The position numbers were made by a program, and so were the translations under genes. A stretch of 64,000 bases of DNA from Schmidtea polychroa. Lineage: Eukaryota. Below are positions 24,887 through 40,310 of this stretch, one piece after another (the first letter of the stretch is position 1; every line of letters begins with the position of its first letter). Below the pieces are notes generated by a model. That model had not been told where the DNA came from, did no database searches, and saw only the letters and a program-made list of their open reading frames with translations. The stretch is taken from assembly GCA_044892525.1 (NCBI GenBank), contig CM097885.1, forward strand, positions 24,244,001 to 24,308,000. Direction: 5' to 3'.

Positions 24887-25860
24887 ATGAGTGGGAAAAG
24901 AAGTCGTATTCATAAAATATTAAAATGCAAGTGATTAAAGAATATAAACCAGATATGGTTTTGATGCTTTAAGTAAAAAAATATGGGTTGACAACATCAA
25001 CAGTTTGCGACTGGGTAAAAGATCAAGTGGGAATTTTTAAGACATTGTCAAATCCAGAAATGTCTACACGAGTCGCAAGGCGATTGCCAAGTGGTGGTCG
25101 AAATAAAGAATTTGGCAAACTAGAAAATGACCTGATCAAATGCATCAATGATAGAAATGAGAAAGGTATCCGCGTCAAAAATAAATATATTAAAAAAATG
25201 GCGCTTCATATAAAACAAAATTATAATTTGGAAAAATATAAAAAATTTAAAGCATCAAGTGACTGGCTTGATAAATTTAGAACACGCTGAAAATTAGTTT
25301 CGAGACGACAAACAACATTTCGAAGCATACCGGAGGATTCCGATAAAGTTGCTAGCGAATTTATATACAGAATGCAAAAAATTATATATGATATAAAAGT
25401 TGAACTGCAAAACATTTTAAACATTGATCAAATACCGAAATATTTGGAACCTGAACCAAAATGTCCATAACCAATAAAAGAATACGAAATGTGGCAAAGC
25501 AGGTAGCTCCTATTACTGTTACCTTTACGATCACGGTCAATGGAAAAGTTTTAAAACCACATTTGCTATTTTCCAAATTAAACAAAATCCTAAAGTTCAG
25601 TGGTTGTTTTGTTGATGTAAATAACAGTGGAATGTGGAGCGGCGACATATTAAATAATTATGTCAAATGTTATTATGAATAGACCGAAAACTAATTTGCT
25701 TTGTGAGCCAGTTCTATTGATAATGGATTCTTATGGACCACATGATTCTTATGAAAGTACCGAATTATAGTATCGTTTTCGAAATGGGTATTTGATTGGA
25801 CAAACAGTATTGCTGCTGAAGCTATAGTCAAAGCTGGTATCAGAACATCTCCGCCCTGGA
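24887..25860 (+). pseudogene. pogo/Tigger-like transposase relic
   Basis: HTH (STVCDW), CENP-B-like FKASSDWLDKFRTR*KLVSRRQTT, then ILNIDQ and KVLKPHLLF fragments. Confidence 0.8.
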
Positions 25861-26031
25861 CTTTTCCCCCAATCAAATAGGATTTCCTCCCATTATCTTT
25901 ATACTAATTTTATTTATATATAGTATTTATATATCTTTATACTAATTTTATTTATATATAGTATTTATATATCTTTATACTAAATTTATTGATAAATTTA
26001 TTTGATAATACTTTTTTTGAAAACCCATAAG

Positions 26032-26900
26032 ATGGAGGTGGAAACTGTTGCGAGTACTCGAGGAAAAAATAAAGTTGTGTTAAATGGTTTTGTTTATTTC
26101 AAACAAAAAAGCTTAGCAAACAATGTTATGAATGTGAGCGTCGTCGAAGTGAATGTAAAAAAGTTAAATCAATGAAGATCTGTCAGTAGTTAGTTACCTG
26201 CATGAGCATATTCATACTGCTGATTCGGTTCATTTCGAGGTTTTGAAGGTCCGAGCAAGTATTAAACGAAAAGCAGAGGAAAGTGAAGAAACACCGGAAC
26301 AAATTCTAGGTCAACAACCACAGTAACTAAGCCAGCAAGCTGCTGTTCAGATGATGCCAGTTCGACATATAAGGAGAAACATCAGAAGAGTTAAACAGAA
26401 GAAGAATGACCCTCTTCCAGTCGACCGCACATTTGAAATTCCAGAAGAATTCAAAAGTTTGGCTGATGGAGAAAAATTTCTGCTTTACGATAACGGATGT
26501 GATGACCCCAATCGAATCTTGATTTTTGGAACAGAACGCACACTAAATTTGATTAAAGATTCAGAGTATTGGTTTCTGGATTGAACTTTTTTCAATTGTT
26601 TTTTCAATTATATACAGTACAAGCTCTTGCAACTGGATCAATTTTTCCGTGCTTGTATGTTCACCTACCAAACAAAACACAGATTGCTTACTGTGGTTTA
26701 TTTGAAGAAATCAAAGTGCTTCGGCCTCAAGTTCATCAACAATTATGACGGATTTCGAAACCACATTTAGGGCTGGTCTACCGACTGGATCATGCGCTGA
26801 AATATATGCAATTTCCATTCTCGAAAATTGGAGCGTAAATGTCATCAGTTTGGACTCAAATTGCTTCAAGATAAATGAGAAAGTTAATAGTGTAGATATA
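26032..26900 (+). pseudogene. MULE (Mutator-like, FLYWCH-type) transposase relic
   Basis: STRGKNKVVLNGFVY, FLLYDNG..RILIFGT..WFLD, LPNKT and MTDFE motifs. Confidence 0.8.
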
Positions 26901-29408
26901 ATCCAGTCAAAGTTTTTTGAAATTGTAAAAATTTAAAATTTTTATAATTTAAAATTTTGATGCATGTTTGAATTTTTTTTTGTTTGAATATATTTTTAAT
27001 GATCAGCGTCTAAGAAACTAATATGTCTTCTGAAATGCGATTAATAATAATAAAATATTATTATTAATTATCTTTTATGAATATATCTTTTTTTATTTTA
27101 TTTAAATAAATAATACATATATTTATTTTTCGTACCAAAATTTAAATTTCTAAAACAATGCCTAGGTGTTTTATTTGAGATATCGGTTTTCACTTTCAAC
27201 TTTTTTGATTTTTTAGGCGCTTTCAAATACAACCCTTAGCTTTTTTACGTGGAAAGACTGTAGCACCTATTTAGTGGAAAATTTATCAAAAGAAAATAAA
27301 TTCTGATTGTGAATTTGAAACGATATTCTAATAATTGGTAAATCTTTATTTTAAAATAATTTTTAAAACACGTCTTTATTTTTTATATGTATTGACATCT
27401 ATCTGTACACGTTGAGAATCTCTACAGTTTAAATAATTTAATTTCTAGCTAAAATAGTCATTCAAAGCACATAAAAGAAAATAATGGTGGCATTTCACAA
27501 ATTTGCTAAATCATTTGGTTACATCAACATCTCATTTAAATAGAGTTAATAGAAATTTGTGAAAATTAGAGAAAATATAAGATATTTTTTCTTAAAATAA
27601 AATAACAATAACATTTTTTACACAATGCAGATTTAATGGAATATCAAAAGTAGTTTAAGCCCGGTCGAGATTCCGGAAAAGAAACCCTAATGTAAACAAA
27701 ATACATAAATCAGTTTCGGTATTCACCTCTTTTAAAGTTCTAAACAGGAAGTTATATATAATCAAATTAGTCTTACATACACCTATCATAACGACCATAA
27801 ATTAGAAGATAATCTATATAACAAAACGTGTCATTAGCCAATTCTATAGAAAACTCAAAAAGGGAAAATTGAATCATAATTTATGGGACTTTTTGAAGAA
27901 ACTTATGCAACTAATTACAAATGATCGAATAGAATAATGTATCATAATTAAGACATATTGTAAACATTAAATTAATAGCCAATTAAATTATTTAAATCGT
28001 AATTTTCCTTTGACGTGATTTATCATCAGTATGATGAGTTGAATCATGAATCAATAGTCGATAAAACTAAGATCAAGTGTGGAGATAGATGTTTACGTTT
28101 ATTTCAATGCTATTACAATTTTAATAATTTTGACATTACAGGTATGAGAATAACATAAGTTTTAACTACCAAGTGGTTAGCTATGATTAGAGAAACACTA
28201 TTTTTCCTTAAACCGTGTAACAAACATTAAAGAATTTCCAGAAGTGTATGATAAGTTAATTTAGAAACTTGACATATTTAATAACATGTTTTAAATGTAT
28301 AGAATAAAAGAATGATCTATTGAATTTTAATAAATTATAACACTTAATTTTAATTTCTTTTCAATGTAAAGCAATGATGATAAATTATGCATATTTTTAT
28401 CACTGTTGGATGATGAAGATAGACACCACATTCGCCATCAATAAATACTACAGGACGGGGCCCAGAAAATGAAGAGTGAATGTATGTGCCGAGGAAAGGC
28501 GATAGATTCAATCAATCCAGGCAATATCCATTCAGAAACAATACCCTTTGTGTATCATTTCTATCAACTATTTTATATTTTGTGACTATTTTTATGCTAT
28601 TATTGGTATATAGTTTAATTATTTTTATTTTATAGAATTCTGTATATATCACTGAGTAGTTTGTTAACTTTTATTTAATATATCTTTCCTTGTACATATT
28701 TAATATTTTTACAAAAGAGTAGATTAATAATTACAGAAAAATAATTAATATTATAAATTAATTAAGTTAAATAAATTACAAAAAATAATTAATATAATAT
28801 TATCAAATAATAAAGTACTATTAGAAATATAAATTTCGTCATGAATAATATTAATATAAATAATGCACGCAATTTGTGAGTAAAAAAATAAAATATGCTA
28901 TAAGTTAAGAAAAACATCTGTTAGAGTATTAAATTAATATTATATAATAAGGAAAAACACCTGCAATATATATTAAAAATTATATAATATTATTCCGTGC
29001 GTATAGGTCGGAAATAAAATAATTTATTTATTAAATTTTAAAATGATATAAATACCCCAGTAAAAATCAGTCCAATCGGCCAAAAATTTTACGTTTTACA
29101 AATATTCAAAGGTAAATCCGGCGAATAACTTAAAACCAAGAGCAGACAGAAACGCTCTACATCTTTCAAAGAAATTGCAGTAAATAACACATAGCTCGCA
29201 CAATATAACAAAAAACAAATAGATACAGGCATTGAATTATCTAAAGAATTGAATTGGTCAATCAAACAAGTACCTGAAGTACTTGTACATTTTTAATTGG
29301 TAAATTTTATTATTAAATAAACTTTTAAAATTAGGCTTATCTTTATTTATTTATATATGAACCAGTAATGTTGAGCCTCTCAAATATTGAGACCTCAACA
29401 TCACTAAA

Positions 29409-30625
29409 GATATTTTTGTTTAAATATCTTATTTGTAATTTTAAAATATATTGTTTCTACTACAGATTCAACTTATTTATTTATATGTATTTATTTGTTC
29501 ATAGTCGTAAAAATTGAAGAAAAAGAAATTGAAAATAGTCGATCAATGGTGAAGAAAATAAAATATTTTACTGATATTTTTAGTATTTTAATAATTACTG
29601 GATCTTGACTTTATGTTAATTGTTGACAGATTAGTTAAAAATTACCGAACTGATTATAATTTTTGATAATTCAAGAAATTATAAAAAGTGGAAATATCAC
29701 TTTCATTTATTATGTAAATATTATGAGATAAATTTACATTAAAAAATAAAAATACAAGATTTAACATTGATATATTTTTATTATATATTTTTTATTTTAT
29801 ATTATAAATTTTTATAATTTGTTATGACTAAGGATACTTTTGTTTAAATATCTTATTTGTAATTTTATAAAAAATTGTTTCTACTACATATTCATCTTAT
29901 TTATTTATATGTATTTATTTATTCATAGTCGAAAAAAATGAAGAAAAAGAAATTGATAATAGTCGATCAATGGTGAAGAAAAATAAAATATTTTACTGAT
30001 ATTTTTAGTATTTTAATAATTACTGGATCTTGACTTTATGTTAATTGTTGACAGATTAGTTAAAAATTACCGAACTGATTATAATTTTTGATAATTCAAG
30101 AAATTATAAAAAGTGGAAATATCACTTTCATTTATTATATAAATATTATGAGATAAATTTACATTAAAAAATAAAAATACAAGATTTAACATTGATATAT
30201 TTTTATTATATATTTTTTATTTTATATTATAAATTTTTATAATTTGTTATGACTAAGGATACTTTTGTTTAAATATCTTATTTGTAATTTTATAAAAAAT
30301 TGTTTCTACTACATATTCATCTTATTTATTTATATGTATTTATTGATCCATAATCGGAAAAAATGAAAAAGAAATTGAAAATAGTCAATCAATGGTGAAA
30401 AAGAAAAAATAATTTACTGATATTTTTAATATTTTCATAATTATCGGATTTTGACTTTATTTTATGTTAATTGTTGACATAGAGATTAGTTAAAAAATAC
30501 CGAACTGATTATAATTTTTGATAATTCAAAAATTATAAAAAGTGGAAATACTAATATCATTTATTATGTAAATATTGTGAGATAAATTTACAATGAAAAA
30601 TAAAAGTACAAAACTTAACATTCAT
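29409..30625. repeat. ~425-bp tandem repeat, about 3 copies
   Basis: GATA.TTTTGTTTAAATATCTTATTTG recurs at ~29409, ~29832 and ~30258. Confidence 0.9.
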
Positions 30626-31759
30626 ATTATATATACGTGTGTGTGATGTACATTTTTATGAAGTACATTTTTATTTTTAACATGATTTTAATGTTGTTAT
30701 TATTTTTTATTTTTACTATGATAAATATTTTTTTCGAATATTTTAAATGGTAATAACTAATAAAAATTTCAAATAATAATATCTTAGCAAAGACATTTTA
30801 AAAAAATCAATAAATCGATGGAAACTAATTAATCTCAAGGAAACAAATGACAAGCAAGAAAATGAAAACTGTAAATGACTTTATGTGTCAGGATTTTTTT
30901 GGTAATCAATATCGTTATATATTAATAAAAGTTGTCTTAAAAAGCTTGTTTTTATAATATTTGTTATTAATCATATTATTATATACATGAGAGCGCACAC
31001 ACAATTCATACACACGCACCTCAGTTGTCCCGCTAACTTTTTTAAGTGCGACTGCTCTGCTCTACAAATTTCTCCAACATGACATTCTGAGTCATAATTT
31101 AATAAAAATTAACAAATACAACTTTGATTTTGTTTAGACAGATGCAGAGCCATGTTAAATGGATACCAGAGCATCGGTCGTTATTAATTAAAGAATATTA
31201 TAAAATAGTGTACCAATCATTTAAAACGGAGAAATTATTTTAATATTATCTTCAACTAAATATTCCAATACGTTATTTATATCAAAGTTAAAAGAAAGAA
31301 ATAAACAAATAAAAACAAAATATTTTGTTAAAATTATTTTTAAAATTCAATATTGCATTAAAATTATCAAAATTCTATATTTTATTAAGATTATTATTTA
31401 AACCCAAATGAAACGAGCTACATTTAACAGAGCATTTACAAAATAATTAATTGAGAATATGAAAAGAAAGCAATAATGCTTATGAAGTAAATAAATATTT
31501 TACATAGAGAAACAATTTACATTATCACCTCATTGATGTTAAAGACGCAATGTAAAACAAGAAGACTTCATTAATAATGATCCATGATGGATTACATCCA
31601 CGGTGGCTACATTTTCAAGCCAGTGTAGTAAGCATTATTGATTAATATATTTGTTGCGATATTAATTTAAAATAAATATAACAATTACAATAAATATGTT
31701 GTTTAAATACTAAGAATATGATTTTAACTTTCGATAATGTAAAGTTCAATGTTAAGTTA

Positions 31760-33147
31760 TGATGATTCCCACATTGACGGCAAAAAAAATGGCTGGTGAG
31801 AACAGTCGTATTCAAATAAGAGTTACAATGCTTCAACATGTAGATGCTGCATTTGAATGCTCAAATGTCAAAAACTTAAAGCATTTTCATCTACTTACAA
31901 ATCTCCGTCCACAGATTTCAGAAGAACATTCGGATTCAATTGATCCTCATACTCCAACACCTTATTCAATATTGTCAGCTATAATTATAAAAGATTCGGT
32001 CAATTCCATAGAATATGCTGTATCAAAAATTTGATGAAGACAGGAGGTTAGTGAAAGAAAACAAATACAATTGTTTCGTGAACTTTCGAATAATGGAACC
32101 TGTTGCTGACCCAATGGAGATTAAGATTCTTCCAAAAATAAGAAATCTGATACAAATTATCGGGAAAAAGCGCTTATTTCCGTGAAACTGAATATCACAA
32201 AAGTATTCATCCTTCAACTGAAAGCTATTAGTAATATTCCTCTCAAACCTTTCAAACACCATTTGTATGGAAACATGTTTGAACTGCTTATCGACTCCAA
32301 AAATATAAACACGATGAAAGAACCTTACAATCACTAATGGAAATTGATCGAATATATTAATCAATTCAATGTATAGGAAATAGAGAAAATCAGATAGCAG
32401 ACTGTCTGCCACAACAGATGGAGTCCGACGTCAGCATCAGATAATTAGTGTTTTGCGATATGTTGCAAAACTCAAATAACAAATGCAATTCTTATTTACG
32501 TCACAACAAAAAACGAACAAATAATTTTTCCATATATCAATTTGGGGAATTCAAAAGAATACATAACATGGTTTTTAAAGAATTTTTAAAGGAAATCTTA
32601 CACTACAGTTCTCTTTATGGTTCGAACGAATTTCTTTAATATTAGGACTTCCCACTCTGGCTGACAAACTCGTCGTAAAATATAAATGACGAATATAACT
32701 ACAAATATTTATTTAAAATAAAAATAGCACCTAAAAAAACTCAATTTTGCTGGAAAGCTTGCATCCCGAATTTTTCGAGTCATTGATGTCCAAACGTCTG
32801 AGAGAGAAGTTGATAACATTCAAGAGGAACATTTGTCACTTCAAGATCAATTAAATTTGCTACTGAAGAAAGATGAAATATCAAAACCAGTTGTACATGA
32901 ATTTAACTGTCTCAAGAGTGAATTCATTCTCTTTAAGAATACCGTTCAACGAACAGAACATCTTCAAAAAATGTATGATTTATTGTTATCAGTTAAGCCT
33001 ACTTCCACGGATTTTGAATGTGTTTTCTCAGTACGCGCTCATTACTGTACAAAGATAAGATTTCGCCTATCACAAAAATCTCTTAATGCGCTTGTTTTCC
33101 TAAAATATCATTATAATAAGTCACGCCAAAAGAAAAATTTCATTTAG
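31760..33147 (+). pseudogene. Degraded hAT transposase related to the 558-2431 gene
   Basis: C-terminal KPTSTDFECVFS..TKIRFRLSQKSLNALVFLKYHY, with upstream fragments. Confidence 0.8.
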
Positions 33148-33153
33148 GTAATG

Positions 33154-33923
33154 CAGTAAAGCCTTCTACAACGCGATACTTTTACAATGCCTTTTCGCAA
33201 CAACGCGATTTTTAAATTACGCCAATTTTTCTCACAACGCATGTGTTTTTTCCTACAACGTGATTTTAAAAAATGTACGTTTTTAAAAAATCAGTGTATA
33301 AATACAGAAATGTGTGTGTATTTTGCAGTTAAAGTAAATTTATGATGAAAAGAAATTTTATTATATGTACTTTTATTATATATTTTATTATATAAATTTT
33401 ATTATATATTTTCTATGCATATGTCGAAACAGGTGTCCTTTTGTTTTAATTCTGCTTTCTCTATTATCCAACATTTAATAGTATGTACATAGACGGTTTT
33501 GATATAAGTGATGAACCTACAAATACAATGAACAATTAATTTTTCGTAAGTTTAGTCTGAGTGTTGAATGGAACAGAACCAAACAGAAAAATTACAATAT
33601 AGTTTCAGTGATAATAAGAACTTGCATAAATAATAAGCATCAACATTTCTTTTTATATTTTAATTTTTATAAATTTGAATTTTTATTTAGTTCTCAATTT
33701 TTAAAAACGTGAATTATTTTGTTAAATTTTATTAATTTATAATAATTTTATTTAAGACTTCCTAATAAAATCTTGAATATTAACTTATTAAAGTTTCATT
33801 TTATTAATTTAAATGGAGTTTTTTATACTTGGAACCTAACCCCGTTTTATCTATAGAGTTCATGTCTCTTACAACGCGACGTTTCCTAAAAACGTATCCG
33901 TCGCGTTATAGGAGAGTTGAATG
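33154..33923. mobile_element. Old MITE (Tigger-like ends)
   Basis: Diverged TIRs CAGTAAAGCCTTCTACAACGCGA / TCGCGTTATAGGAGAGTTGAATG; internal ACAACGCG motifs. Confidence 0.5.
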
Positions 33924-34098
33924 TAACAAATACAAGCAAACCAGCTCCTGGTTTGAAATATTTCTAGGGAGCGCCTATATTCAGACAATATTCGCCAGTT
34001 TTGTCATTTGTAATTTTAATAATCAGATTCGAATTTTATTTAGTTGAATAAAAATCTAGCTATGGTTCTATGACTTTTTAAAAAAACAGCAAAAACAG

Positions 34099-34099
<1 letters not shown>

Positions 34100-34190
<91 letters not shown>
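34100..34190. repeat. (TA)n microsatellite
   Basis: Pure TA run. Confidence 0.98.
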
Positions 34191-34193
<3 letters not shown>

Positions 34194-34829
34194 CGAAACG
34201 TCTAGTGTTTAGAATTGCGAAGCTAGTCCCAAAAATTTTGGTAATTTGACTGATAATAAAAATGGAGTATAATAATTTCTAATTGCTAGTGACCAATCAG
34301 CAGTCATTACCAGCAAATAAAGGAATTTATTTTTCAACAACATACTAAAATTAATATTCGTACTTTTATACTATAGAAAAATTAATTATTATAATTTCCA
34401 TATTAAACCGTAATACATTATAGAAATCCATTCCCTCAGTTCCAAAAAAAACTGTCCGAATTGGCAAAAAAATATCTATTAAGCTTGGCAAGATCCAATT
34501 AAACCGTTTAGATAAATAAAATTAACACCATCATAAATCATTTATCAACTTCTATCATTGTATCATTTTTCTTATTTTTATTTTTCTATTTTATTTTCTA
34601 AAGATTCAATATTTTAAATCCTTAAAATCAATCCCAGGTAAGATTATCAAAGATAATGCTTCAAGTTTTCAAAATAAAAAATCAAGTAAAGTTACAAGTA
34701 CAGAATTCGTCTCTGCAAGTCGATACTTCGCAATTTGATAGTCAAAAGAATGATAATTGTAAGTATAGCTTTATAAGGCAGATTTCAGAACAATTTAAAA
34801 TTTTCTTAAAACCGTCTCAAGCATATGGA

Positions 34830-35760
34830 AACGATCTCCTGTAACAAACTACATGTCTGAAAAATTTGGATCTTACCAGCCAGTCAATTCTGGTAGGAAA
34901 TCTCTAAACAGAGAGATATTAAAAGAAAATTGCTAATGTTTCAATGAAAGAAAAAACATGGCATACTTATAGAGGAAACTGGAATATCTGTTGGAACACT
35001 AAGTAGGATGTTAGAAGGAGAGTTAGGAAGGACGATTAATTCGGTTAAGCCATATTCGACGATGGCCAACAAAAAGGAACGGATTTGTTATGAATTAGAA
35101 AAAATATAAAGCGATTCTTTTATTTTTAAAGATTGTAATGATGGATTCCATTTAAATTAAAAATGGTTCTTAATTCGAATTTTTATTGCTGCCATCTGAG
35201 ACATTATCCGTTAGAAATTTTTTTTATTCAAAAACCTATGTTTTTAGTAGCATTATCTCGTCTGCTGACAAATAAAAATGAATTATATCTTGATGGCAAA
35301 ATAGGTTGTTGGGCTTGTGTAACATAGAAACCAGCACTGAGATCATCTGTTTATCTCTAAATAAGGACACTTGTCACAAAGCCATTTGAAATATATGGTA
35401 AAAAGTACAATTAAACAAAAATATCATGTATTCTATCAAAAATTTTATGAAAACACGATAATGCACATCCCCTTAAAAAGCTAATGAATTTAAGTGGATA
35501 TTGATAGTTCTTCGGATGGTTTTTAATATTAAATAATCCGAATGTTAATGCACTAGATTCGGAGGTAAATTCTTCCAAGCAATCATTAAAAAATACTAAA
35601 AATTTCAAGAAACATTGATACGTTAATATTGTGTAAATAGCGTGTTTGAAGAATATGGTTCAATTAAAATGAATGTCTTATCATTACAACTGGCATATAT
35701 TGGGTGTCTTGAAAGTGAAGGTGATAATGGATATAATTTAAAACATGAATTGTTAGATAG
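34830..35760 (+). pseudogene. Degraded mariner-like transposase resembling the DD39D group
   Basis: Fragments KPMFLVALSR, LDGKIGCW, PALRSS, KHDNAHP, NNPNVNALD, GDNGYNLKH. Confidence 0.55.
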
Positions 35761-37074
35761 TTCCAGACAATTTTTAAATGTATTATAACAATAAGTGTTT
35801 GTTTGATGTCATATAAAATTCCTAATGTCTAATATAAATTTCCTTATTAAATCGTAGTTATTTTGGTACAAGAGAGAGTATAAAAGTAAATTTGTTTTTT
35901 ATATATCAGTGACTTAATTGTTTTTACTAATTTTTTGAAAAGAAGTCATTAATTTAAATAATTTTAAGTAATTATTGTTTTGAATATTCTAGTTTGCTGA
36001 TGAGTAATTTGTCATAAAATTGATAATATCCAATTACATAATATAAAAAATATATACATGTTTTTATGCAGAAGAAATGCATACAAAATATGACAGATCA
36101 AGGCACATTTATGAATTCATATTGTTAATCAAGTCACAATTAATGAAAAATTAAATTTGATTTGATCAGATATTGGTAGAAACAAAATGACAGGATATAA
36201 TAATGAGATGAGATGATTTGTTTCTGCAACATATGTGCAAATATTCAAATAATTTACAGTGGCCGAAAAGAGAAAAATGATAAATATTATTTATTAAAAA
36301 ATTAAATAAAAATTTAACTAAAATATAGAATCACAGCAAGGTCGTGGACAAATAAGTAAACGTTTTTTAAATTTTTTGGTTTGCCAAAATTACATGTTTC
36401 ATTAAGTTGTTACATTGAAACTATGATTTATATCAACAAGTAACAACCGTTTAATTATTTATTCTTTAACCGTTGAGAACTCTCAATCGGCAATTAGGAA
36501 AGATTGATTATTTCGAAAAAACAAAGATCGGTTGAAAACGCATTAAGACATCTAAAATGTACTTTTATTTGTTCAGTCTGGAATAATGCACTATGATTTC
36601 TGAGGATGCGTTTGATGAATAATTTATTTGTTAGAGTATTTAAAAACGAAATATAAATGAATTTTAATTCTTTGGTTAAATTATACATATTCGATAATTC
36701 ATCGAAATCAAATTTCAATAAAATTAATACAAAAAATATTGCAATTTCAATCAATAAACAAAATTTCTTAATTGAAATAATTAATTGTTTTACCAATAGA
36801 ATACATATTTTGACAATAATTATTAAAAATTATATTTAATTTTCAAAATATGTCATAACTTTACTATTATATTTTACTAAAATTAATACTTCGATTTTAA
36901 CCCTAAAATTGATTACAAAAGGAAATAAAAACACAAAAAAGCAGTGAAGACATATTAGAATTGTTACCTAGAGAAGATTCAAATATACCAGAGCAACATC
37001 ATCAAAGAAAAGAAAAATTAAGGAAAACAAACCTCCTAGAAAAATTCAAAATACTCAACTTATTATTTGAAATA

Positions 37075-37496
<422 letters not shown>

Positions 37497-37879
37497 AATT
37501 GTTTTGTTCGATTGACAGGATTTCGTTTATCGGTTTTTGTATTGGTTTAACTATGAATCTCAGAATCAGATTCAGTTTCGAGATTTCGATATTGGTTTGT
37601 GCCATGAAACGATTTTTAAGCGTTGTTTTGAAAAGATAATTCTGGTAACATTTGATAACATTATCGACAATTTCTGAGAACATTGAGATAACCACCATTA
37701 TGTTTTTCCATTAAATGTTCCGCATCACAAACGACGAGATAGAAAAGTGCGATTAACTTGAAATCAAAATAATAGACCCCGGCACCTTGCTAGGTCAGAC
37801 ACGCCGACCGGCAGAACGACAGAGCACTGGTGCCGAGGTGATGAAGGCAGGTGATATTGAAATCGAGATGCATTGATTT

Positions 37880-38560
37880 GGGTGATTGATATTTCTATTT
37901 AGAATCAGCTGGTGGAATTTAATGATTTTTCTAGAACACTGTCAAACCCATTCGCGACTATGTTGTTTTTCGAGATCTACGTAACCTATGTTCTAAGCAA
38001 CTTCATAAATAGCAATAGAAAACTTCGACAATTGCCTATTCCATTTAACTTTTGGGATATTAAATCGGTATCATTCCGTTGACTAATTACCAGATCTGTA
38101 TAGACATCGAATTCAAGAATACCAGATCGATGATCAGTTCTGATCGGCAACTCCAAATTACGAATTAGATTATATACAATTGCTTGTAATTTCACAGAAC
38201 TGACATATGGACAAAGTTTTTCAAATTCAATAACTTTAATAGTTTTATAAACTTTTCCAACGTGGAGCAACATTTTACTAAAGATTTTTTTCGATTAAAT
38301 AGGAAAAAAAATTTAATTCCGGGTGTTCACTCAACATTTTCTAAACAGTAGAAACATATTTTGCCATAGACAACGGCTTATAATCTGATTCGAGAATTTT
38401 GAAGAAATTTCCTATTTCAGGGCTTACTAAATGATAAACATGGTTGGTTTGAATGTCTTTGATTAAGATTGCTCTAGTCAGAGGATTTGGAAGATTCAAT
38501 AACATAAATGTTTTTTGTTGAACTGTATTTGCGATTTCTTCATATTCAAAAAATATAAGA
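37880..38560 (-). pseudogene. EIF3A: eIF3 subunit A-like fragment (PCI domain region)
   Basis: LLNLPNPLTRAILIKDI..FKILESDYKPL, KVYKTI..LPIRTDHRSGILEF and HQLILNR align by eye with eIF3a. Stops and frameshifts present; no N- or C-terminus nearby. Confidence 0.7.
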
Positions 38561-39849
38561 GAAATTTTCAAATAATAACTTGCTAAAATTTTGTTGAGAT
38601 ATTTGAAGTATTTAATAAATTTCAAACATCTAATTTTTCAAACCAAAAATTTCTAAATATCTATTTTCAAATAAAACTTTTTTTTTACAAATTCCTCTAA
38701 AACATAATATCAAAACACCAAACAAGAAAATTCACCAGAAATAATAATCGTAAATGTTATTCGTCTTGGAAACTTCAAGCAAAGAATACGATAAAAGCTT
38801 TAAACAGATTTTCAGGGATCCTTTGATCACGCATTGATTACCTCTTAGTTGGCGTGTGATTATTGTAGTGGTTGAAAAATGCAATTAATCAACGAAACTA
38901 CAGAATTTATCCAATTTCTTTTACAACGATATTTTTCAAACTATAAGGAGATAATTTAAAATCGCTTGTTTTTTCATATAATTGACCGCACCTGTGATCA
39001 TAGAATAGGTCAAACCCAATAAACATTTTGGCTTGTCATCTGTTCATCCTAGTATATCAGTTCAAAAAGCACGAGCGTATCTTAATTTTCGGCATTTAAT
39101 TAACTTTTTGTGTGAATTTGCACCTCAAAGAAATAATTAGCATTAAGTGCATTAGGTAAAATCACCGTCAATTAATGTTTTTTTCAATATTGTGGCCGAA
39201 AGAATAGCGAGGATTATATAAAATGGCAAATACAACAATTTCAATTTGTTTAAATTTAATTTATGCATACTGTATTTGATGAAAGATATACTTAGAATTT
39301 ATAATTTGAAGCTTTTTTGTGAGATTCTCCTAACAATATTTTGGGCATTCTTGAAAATATTCTAATGTTACTTTTAACATTCTAAAAACTTTTAGACATT
39401 GTCGAAGAACATGATCCGCGGATATATAAAGCTGCAAAAGAAGATTAAACTTGTGTCACCTTCTACCCAGATCTTAAACGATTTAGTATGACTCACTTGG
39501 ACGATGTTTTAACTTTTTCTTTCTTTTTCCAAAACCCAATTAAATTTTCCAATTCAAAATCACGAAATTAAAATTAAAAATATTTCTTAATCTTATTTTA
39601 GTATTGTTAAATTGATCGGCACAAAAGACATTTTAAGCCAGTTGACAATGATGGATAGTTAAAGTGATATAACTTGAGAATCCTTTTTTAGTAAATTCTC
39701 AATAAAAAATCTAAATTTTGGAAATTAAGAACATGAGGCTCCTTTAATAAATTCTTAAATTAATTCAATTAATAAAGTGTCCGAACAACCAAGAGCGATG
39801 AAGGTTTGCAAAAAACTACTCGCGAAGGTAAAATTACAAATCCACAGAA

Positions 39850-40310
<461 letters not shown>

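Noticed and set aside
27380..28560. Possible host exons (e.g. minus-strand HSSFSGPRPVVFIDGECGVYLHHP)
   Set aside because: Short, interrupted by stops, and no family could be recognised.
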